DNA of 64,000 bases. Source: Fimicolochytrium jonesii (Eukaryota). A program made the position numbers and the translations under genes. Location: the NCBI RefSeq assembly GCF_025526975.1, contig NW_026515680.1, forward strand, positions 496,001 to 560,000, read 5' to 3'. This document shows, one piece after another, positions 59,401 through 64,000 of the stretch. The notes under the pieces were generated by a model. The model made no database searches and was not told the DNA's origin. It saw only the letters and a program-made list of their open reading frames with translations. Every line of letters begins with the position of its first letter. The stretch's first letter is position 1.

Positions 59401-62400
59401 CGTATTCAGGTTCGCTGTTGTTCCTCCTAGGAATACGGTGCCGCCAACCACCACACTTTTCCCTATACCAACTCCGCCAACAACTTGGAGCGAACCTGAA
59501 TTTGTCGACGTAGAATCAGTCGTTCCGGCAATTTGAACATTGGATAAGTTTGCATTTCCACCAACATTCAGAGATGATAGAGTTCCAACGCTTGTAATTT
59601 GAGGCTGAGCGGGATTTACGCTGAACGAATTTCCACTACGTATCAAACCTGTTCCAGCACTAAGAAGCGTATCAACATAAGTCTTATTCGTAAGATGATT
59701 TGCTAAAGTCGGTGCTGTTGAGACGACAGCGTTTCCTGACACCGTTATATCTCCAGCAAAGTTCGCATTTCCACCGACGCTCAATGATGATAAAGTTCCA
59801 ACCGATGTTATCTGAGGTTGAGCCACATTGACAGAGAAATTGTTTCCTGTTCGTGTTAAGCCCGTTCCTGCACTTAGAAGCGTATCAACATAAGTCTTAT
59901 TTGTGAGATGTGTATCTGCTGTTGGGGCTGTCGAGATGATGGCGTTCCCTGATATGGTCACGTCGCCTGTAACACTCAAACCCTGCAGAGTTCCAACTTT
60001 GGTGATAACAGCCGACTGGTCCGTGTTGACTGAAATGGCCGTGCCTGACTTTGACAATCCTGCGCCAACTGTTGATGTCTGAGCATCGACGTAGGCTTTC
60101 GTGCTTACTTGGGCGTCTATATTGGCGAGAGGCAAGATACCTGTCACATCTGTTGTGAGCGTGATGGTGTTCTTTAACGCCACGGAACCGAGCCCTAGTG
60201 CTGTTCTAGATGCTGATGGAGTCGTTGAGACAAAATTACTTCCATCTCCTACGAGAAAATTATTAACAGTTGGGGTAGATGAGGAAATAACAGTTAATTT
60301 AGGATTAAGAGGTTGAGCATTTCCGGATGTTGTAGAAATCAATCCATCCACATATGATTTTGTTGCTGGGTTTGATGCGACGGTGGGAGCAGGAATCGTT
60401 ACCGCTCCAGAAAATGTAGATGCACCACTAACTGAGAGGGAAGTAAGGGTTCCGACCGATGTGATTTGACTTTGTGAAGGAAGAACTGCCAATGTGACCC
60501 CTGTCTTCGAAAGTCCTGTACCGGCGAGAACAGTTTGTGCATCAACATAACTTTTCAAAGCCACGCTCTGATCAATATTTGCATATGGAAGAATCCCCGT
60601 AACGTCAGTCGTTAGCGTAACTGCGTTTTTGCTCGATAATGACCCCAATGTGGGCAGTCCACTCAAATTCGAGTAAGCAACTGCATTCAAGAGGGCGACT
60701 GAGCCTAGTCCTAAAGCCACTCTAGCATTGGCTGGAGTGGTGCTGATAAAATTTGAATTATCGCCTACAAGGAAATTGTTGAGCGTGGGAGTAGATGCGG
60801 CAAGCGAACTTAATTTGGTGTTTAAAGGCTGATACGTTGTTGCAGCAGCACTCGATAAGAGGTAGTTATTCAGAGTGGGACTGCTAATACTTCCTGATGT
60901 CAAAGCGCCTGTGACATTGAGAGATGTGAGTGTTCCAAGACTCGTGATACTTCCCGTGTTAACAGAAACGGCATTAGATGTGTCCCTGGAAAGAATTGGT
61001 CCTGTAAATGTCAGTTTCTTCTCATAGATGCTGAGATCTGGAGTGCCCGTCAATCTCGTATATGAGATAGTATCTGTCTTTCCGACTTTGCTATCGATAG
61101 AGGATTGCAAGGATGTGGCCGTTTGTCCGATCAGACCTGTTGTAAACGGCTCGATCGTCGTCGCGTTGTATTCCTTGAGCATTTGAACGTTTATTGCCTG
61201 CTGTGGGACCTCTCCTGCAATACCCAGATACGAACATGGAGGTGGAGTGTCAAAAAGTAATCTCGTAACATCACAGGATGTATCATCCGTTTTAGGGAAA
61301 GTTGCGATGATAACTTGTGAGCCGTTTGGATCTGGAACCGGGTTTCCATTTGAATCCACTACATTGTTACCATTTGCGTCTTTCTGGTTCTTTCTCTCTC
61401 GACCGCTTGCAGCGATGAAACCACCAAGGATTCCTGCTGCTGCAGCAGGTCCTCCAAGAAGACCCCCGACGCTACCGATAGCAGATGTGGCAAATGGAGC
61501 GCCAGCCGCAGGGCCAATGAGACCAATTGCGCCTCCAAGTATTGTAGATAGCGGACCAGTGACTGAAATAATTTGATTCGTTCCACTGGCAGTTAACGGG
61601 TCGGATTCACCAGATGGTTCCGAATCCTCATTTTTCTCTTCCGGATCATCATCTTCTTTCCGGTTCTTGTAGGGCTGTATGGAAGAAATATTGAAGCCGG
61701 TTTCCTCTGAGCCAACTACCAAAATGCCACTTCCGCCCGTTATGACTAAAGGCTGTTTTGCGATGTTATACTCCTTATCCGCTCCAGTAACAATGATAGG
61801 TAAAGCGCCGGTAATTACCGTGGGTGTTTCCGGTTCTGGTTGGTATGTACATGATATTGTCGATCCACTTATACTGATATTGTTTCCAGCCGTGTAGGCG
61901 CCCGAAATATTATTCCCTGTAACGGTTACCCCATTAGATCCAGTGTAGGCACCTTTTATTGAATTGCCTGTCACCGTAACAGTCGAATCACCAGCCTGTA
62001 AATCCAACTGCAAATCATTTTCTATACGTTTAACTCCGTTACTTGCTGTGAGTTTCTCACCGAACGTGTTGTTACCATCGAATGTGATTGCACCTGAGAC
62101 AGATGGAGCGAGTTTGACTTGGTTCGAATTCTCTAATTTCATTCCGCCATTTCCAGGTTGAAAAGTTAGTCCTATCGCAATTTTATCATTTACGATGCGA
62201 ACACCTTTATTGTCAACGATAGCCGACGGATTTACTGAAAGATTTTGTGAAGAGTCAATTGCTAAACTTGCGTCCGTTCTCACGTCAACAATACGCCTTC
62301 CGTTACTCACGCCAGAAATGTCTATACCAGAACCCGCTTGATACAGTTGCTCTACGTACCCGGATGTCACTACTTCATCATTCGAAGGGTTGAAGTTGCT

Positions 62401-63453
62401 TGTAACGTATATATGGGGAACATGTAATTCATTGAGTGTTTCATTATACGTAAAACTACTGTCTCCATTGAATCCGCTTAAAGCAGAGTAGAATGGAACC
62501 TGTCCCATACCTTTCGAGCGGATAGCCAATTTTCCTCCTGTTTGTTGGAAATCATCAGATGTCTTCAAACGCACAACGGTTGTATCAACATCAGTTTCTG
62601 ATCCCAAAAAGTCCGCTAGAGAATCGAAACCGGTCTCTAGAAGGTCATCGAGTGCTAAAGATCCTGCCTTGTCGTTGCTAATCGCCCCCCGTCCAACTAT
62701 CACTGTATCAATATCCGTCTCAAGTTTGCTTTCATCGCTGAGTTTCAAACCTTTTCCATAATCAAGATGAATTACCTTGTCTGCATCTTTCGAAAGCGGT
62801 TCTGCTACCTTCACTATTTCGTCAACAGTCGCTTCGATGTTCTCCTTAACGACCGAAAGTTGCCCGTTCACAACTGTCAAGGTCGAATCAAAGTCCAAAG
62901 AGACTCCGCTGATGTCACGCGTCAACGGGGCTGTCAAAGGCTCTTTGACAACTGCCAACTTACCATTACTCACCTCCAATGAATCATCAAAATTCAATTT
63001 AAGCCCTTCATCGTCTCTTGACAAGGGTTCTTGAAGATCTTCTAGATCCGTTGGGGGAAAGTTAACAGTCAAACCTTCGTCGCTCACTGAAAGGGTCTGA
63101 TCGTGGAACAAATTGAGACCGTTTTCATTTACTCCAAGAGGCAGGTTTGTTACAAGGGAAACAGTTCTGCTTTCATCGTTCCTTTCGAGCGGAAATTCCA
63201 TGTTGTAAGGGATTACTTCAACAGATGCAATTCCGTTGGTCTTGTAAATAATAGCATCTTCGCTGTCAACAAGGTCGTTGATTTTTAATTCACCATTTTG
63301 GTTGTAGAGCGTCTTCACCTCGGCTGAATGAAATCCGGAGAGTTTTGTGTCTCCACTAAGGGCTTTCATATTTCCGGAAACATACGGGCTGTTCAACAGC
63401 GTATCGTTTAAATTTCGCAAACCGCTCGAATTTCTGCTGTTTAATCCAGACAT
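56446..63453 (-). CDS. Giant fibre/adhesin-like virion protein, copy 2 (2335 aa)
   Basis: Intact paralogue of 46381-53397 with the same repeat types and exchanged internal cassettes. Confidence 0.85.
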   Translation of the reverse strand: MSGLNSRNSSGLRNLNDTLLNSPYVSGNMKALSGDTKLSGFHSAEVKTLYNQNGELKINDLVDSEDAIIYKTNGIASVEVIPYNMEFPLERNDESRTVSLVTNLPLGVNENGLNLFHDQTLSVSDEGLTVNFPPTDLEDLQEPLSRDDEGLKLNFDDSLEVSNGKLAVVKEPLTAPLTRDISGVSLDFDSTLTVVNGQLSVVKENIEATVDEIVKVAEPLSKDADKVIHLDYGKGLKLSDESKLETDIDTVIVGRGAISNDKAGSLALDDLLETGFDSLADFLGSETDVDTTVVRLKTSDDFQQTGGKLAIRSKGMGQVPFYSALSGFNGDSSFTYNETLNELHVPHIYVTSNFNPSNDEVVTSGYVEQLYQAGSGIDISGVSNGRRIVDVRTDASLAIDSSQNLSVNPSAIVDNKGVRIVNDKIAIGLTFQPGNGGMKLENSNQVKLAPSVSGAITFDGNNTFGEKLTASNGVKRIENDLQLDLQAGDSTVTVTGNSIKGAYTGSNGVTVTGNNISGAYTAGNNISISGSTISCTYQPEPETPTVITGALPIIVTGADKEYNIAKQPLVITGGSGILVVGSEETGFNISSIQPYKNRKEDDDPEEKNEDSEPSGESDPLTASGTNQIISVTGPLSTILGGAIGLIGPAAGAPFATSAIGSVGGLLGGPAAAAGILGGFIAASGRERKNQKDANGNNVVDSNGNPVPDPNGSQVIIATFPKTDDTSCDVTRLLFDTPPPCSYLGIAGEVPQQAINVQMLKEYNATTIEPFTTGLIGQTATSLQSSIDSKVGKTDTISYTRLTGTPDLSIYEKKLTFTGPILSRDTSNAVSVNTGSITSLGTLTSLNVTGALTSGSISSPTLNNYLLSSAAATTYQPLNTKLSSLAASTPTLNNFLVGDNSNFISTTPANARVALGLGSVALLNAVAYSNLSGLPTLGSLSSKNAVTLTTDVTGILPYANIDQSVALKSYVDAQTVLAGTGLSKTGVTLAVLPSQSQITSVGTLTSLSVSGASTFSGAVTIPAPTVASNPATKSYVDGLISTTSGNAQPLNPKLTVISSSTPTVNNFLVGDGSNFVSTTPSASRTALGLGSVALKNTITLTTDVTGILPLANIDAQVSTKAYVDAQTSTVGAGLSKSGTAISVNTDQSAVITKVGTLQGLSVTGDVTISGNAIISTAPTADTHLTNKTYVDTLLSAGTGLTRTGNNFSVNVAQPQITSVGTLSSLSVGGNANFAGDITVSGNAVVSTAPTLANHLTNKTYVDTLLSAGTGLIRSGNSFSVNPAQPQITSVGTLSSLNVGGNANLSNVQIAGTTDSTSTNSGSLQVVGGVGIGKSVVVGGTVFLGGTTANLNTTTGQTLNINNAASTVVTSTIDSNATNAGAFQVAGGVGISKSLTVGGANLYMTGTNQTIQWFNTSNATGNTGSTICGNSSTAGYYSSNSSIGDMCIRAVYNNAPSNLRIGNSPGISIIDVLASGSVIVNTTTDSTSITTGAFQVAGGVGIGKSVSIGGVLTSTMAGTGYTNAATFLLPNMAAGFSNWISLGQSTTFMNCGQMSFVLTGAGSANNYIKLQIANQSYGLSVRGDGAVIAESPVDSSSTTTGALQVSGGVGIAKSLFAGSSATASHTLQLNSTTTDVLKIQSLSASGFSTIGFLNNTGTIVGAFGYGGTGTSAPNAGNFFLYSGSNANFIINSNLPSVQILSTIDSTTTTSGSLQVRGGAGIAGNVNLGKDLTVNGTIYSNIASTGLIVSSHLGTPNLAAGSFSTLQIGVGASTNNMARMYFNYAGAGLATNTLGLGLWNAPQGLTIDGTGKVVISTGSIGNLTVSGNMNFTGNQAIISASGSQGPLSIDPNQSSNPYVRVWDDLRVVGDFSVWNSAETTTWFKVFTNNGVASVFTTTDSTGVGSGALQVSGGASVAKNVYVGGNVSVLNTSDATSNASGALQVNGGASVAKSLYVGSNLNVTGDLKSPALNSVTTLIPYPTTPATGSSSWNGYTVTASSEYTYANGNGSDGYTGHPWDAYSNATIASRLRWATASTSTANLGLDSTTQSLHWSLLRLPSAIAMASLKLTAYLMDAVAMPTTFSVIAGTTESAMVTIATFSNIPGSTWTTDGNTFSFANTTPYVVWGFAWQYANQTTTGGVAIRQIQFNQAVPKATLVSASANNIDVSGAITTGTVSSSGSATVNSLTCNTTALVKNDLTCSTNIYASQIIQSAVCIKDGVVDTLLTNGNGYTGGFGPIGWKPGMSAVVAHCTFMGYMNSNHTRVTITVQILDQSSTVVASRAVSYYCDINNYQTRYPFSFQVPLLFSSTNTQLSARIIIPTSITLSNSYLNFWTQCY

Positions 63454-63498
63454 TCTGTTATATTCAATGCATTACAAAATAAGATGTTGAACATTATT

Positions 63499-63612
63499 GG
63501 AGGCGTCATTTATTTTTTCACTTTTTTTTCCAACCGAAAATTCGTGTTCTCCGCAAGGTGACAACATGTAAAAGTTGTATAACTAATTTCACTTTGTCAC
63601 CCGTCGGAGAAC
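63499..63612. repeat. Third, inverted copy of the hairpin repeat
   Basis: GAGGCGTCATTTATTTT plus GTTCTCCG..GGTGACAA..TTGTCACC..CGGAGAAC; reverse complement of the 55-kb units. Confidence 0.88.
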
Positions 63613-63649
63613 GACGAATGTTTTTTTAATTAAAGCATTATATAAGGAC

Positions 63650-64000
63650 TTAATCGCAATTCAAGATATCGAACTCTTCGAATGATAGCAACGCTTCTGC
63701 TATCTTACCAAGTAACAATCCATTTGTGTCCCATGTGTACCGTTTCTTATTCTTACGTTTCTCTTTCGTTTTAACAATAATTGGTGCACAAAAATAAGCA
63801 TTGATGATCTTTGCGTATAGGTCCATTCTGTACGTTTTCGGTCGGTGAAACATTTTAAAAGATCTTTGTATGTCTCCAAAAGGTGAGTTACAGACATGCT
63901 CTGGTCTGATTTCCCCTTCGATTGTTAGATTATTGTCCTTGTAAAACTTGTGGACTATTGGGGCGCATTTTATGTCGTGATACAGTTCTTGACCTCGTTC
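63650..64000 (-). CDS. C-terminal 116 aa of an ORF starting outside the window
   Basis: Frame is open from 64000 (ERGQELYHDIKC..) to the stop at 63650; function not recognisable. Confidence 0.6.
   Translation of the reverse strand, partial: ERGQELYHDIKCAPIVHKFYKDNNLTIEGEIRPEHVCNSPFGDIQRSFKMFHRPKTYRMDLYAKIINAYFCAPIIVKTKEKRKNKKRYTWDTNGLLLGKIAEALLSFEEFDILNCD

Larger units (their letters stand above)
44184..64000. mobile_element. Putative endogenous dsDNA-virus-like region (Polinton-like/virophage or giant-virus related), continuing past the right edge
   Basis: Shift to AT-richer, intronless, tightly packed ORFs; two fibre-like giant ORFs; overlapping convergent stops; palindromes. The left boundary is uncertain and no hallmark capsid or polymerase gene is in the window. 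Confidence 0.7.

Noticed and set aside
46381..63453. Bacterial autotransporter/adhesin or bacterial contamination
   Set aside because: No signal peptide, beta-barrel anchor, ribosome-binding sites or bacterial neighbours; the F-box-like gene points to a eukaryotic virus. Junction reads are still needed to exclude a chimera.
46381..63453. Diversity-generating retroelement acting on the fibres
   Set aside because: No reverse transcriptase or short template repeat nearby, and differences between copies are not adenine-specific.

Overview
Eukaryotic genomic DNA, most likely from a zoosporic (chytrid-like) fungus: it has short GT-AG introns, fungal-type VPS10, DUS3 and UsgS-like genes, and a flagellate-type centrin. 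The window has three zones. (1) About 1-15.4 kb is a nest of decayed LTR retrotransposons: two Ty1/copia pieces, a solo LTR, a non-autonomous LTR element and a chromodomain Ty3/gypsy, several with readable 5-bp target-site duplications (TSDs). (2) About 16.3-43.4 kb holds host genes (VPS10, centrin, UsgS/EI24-like, DUS3, DEK-like, tubby-C/DUF6593-like, PHYHD1, RhoGAP). Two different intron-containing Fanzor1 loci (eukaryotic TnpB-like RNA-guided nucleases) lie among them; both are damaged, but each has a structured candidate omegaRNA just downstream. (3) About 44.2-64 kb is a more AT-rich, intronless, virus-like block. It carries two intact ~2,335-aa paralogous fibre-like genes in a ~10-kb tandem duplication, small viral-style ORFs (amphipathic protein, F-box protein), two ~46-49-bp near-perfect palindromes each followed by short direct repeats, and a dispersed hairpin repeat family. 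No capsid, polymerase or integrase gene is visible, so the virus group cannot be assigned from this window. All assignments come from motif recognition by eye; no database searches were run.
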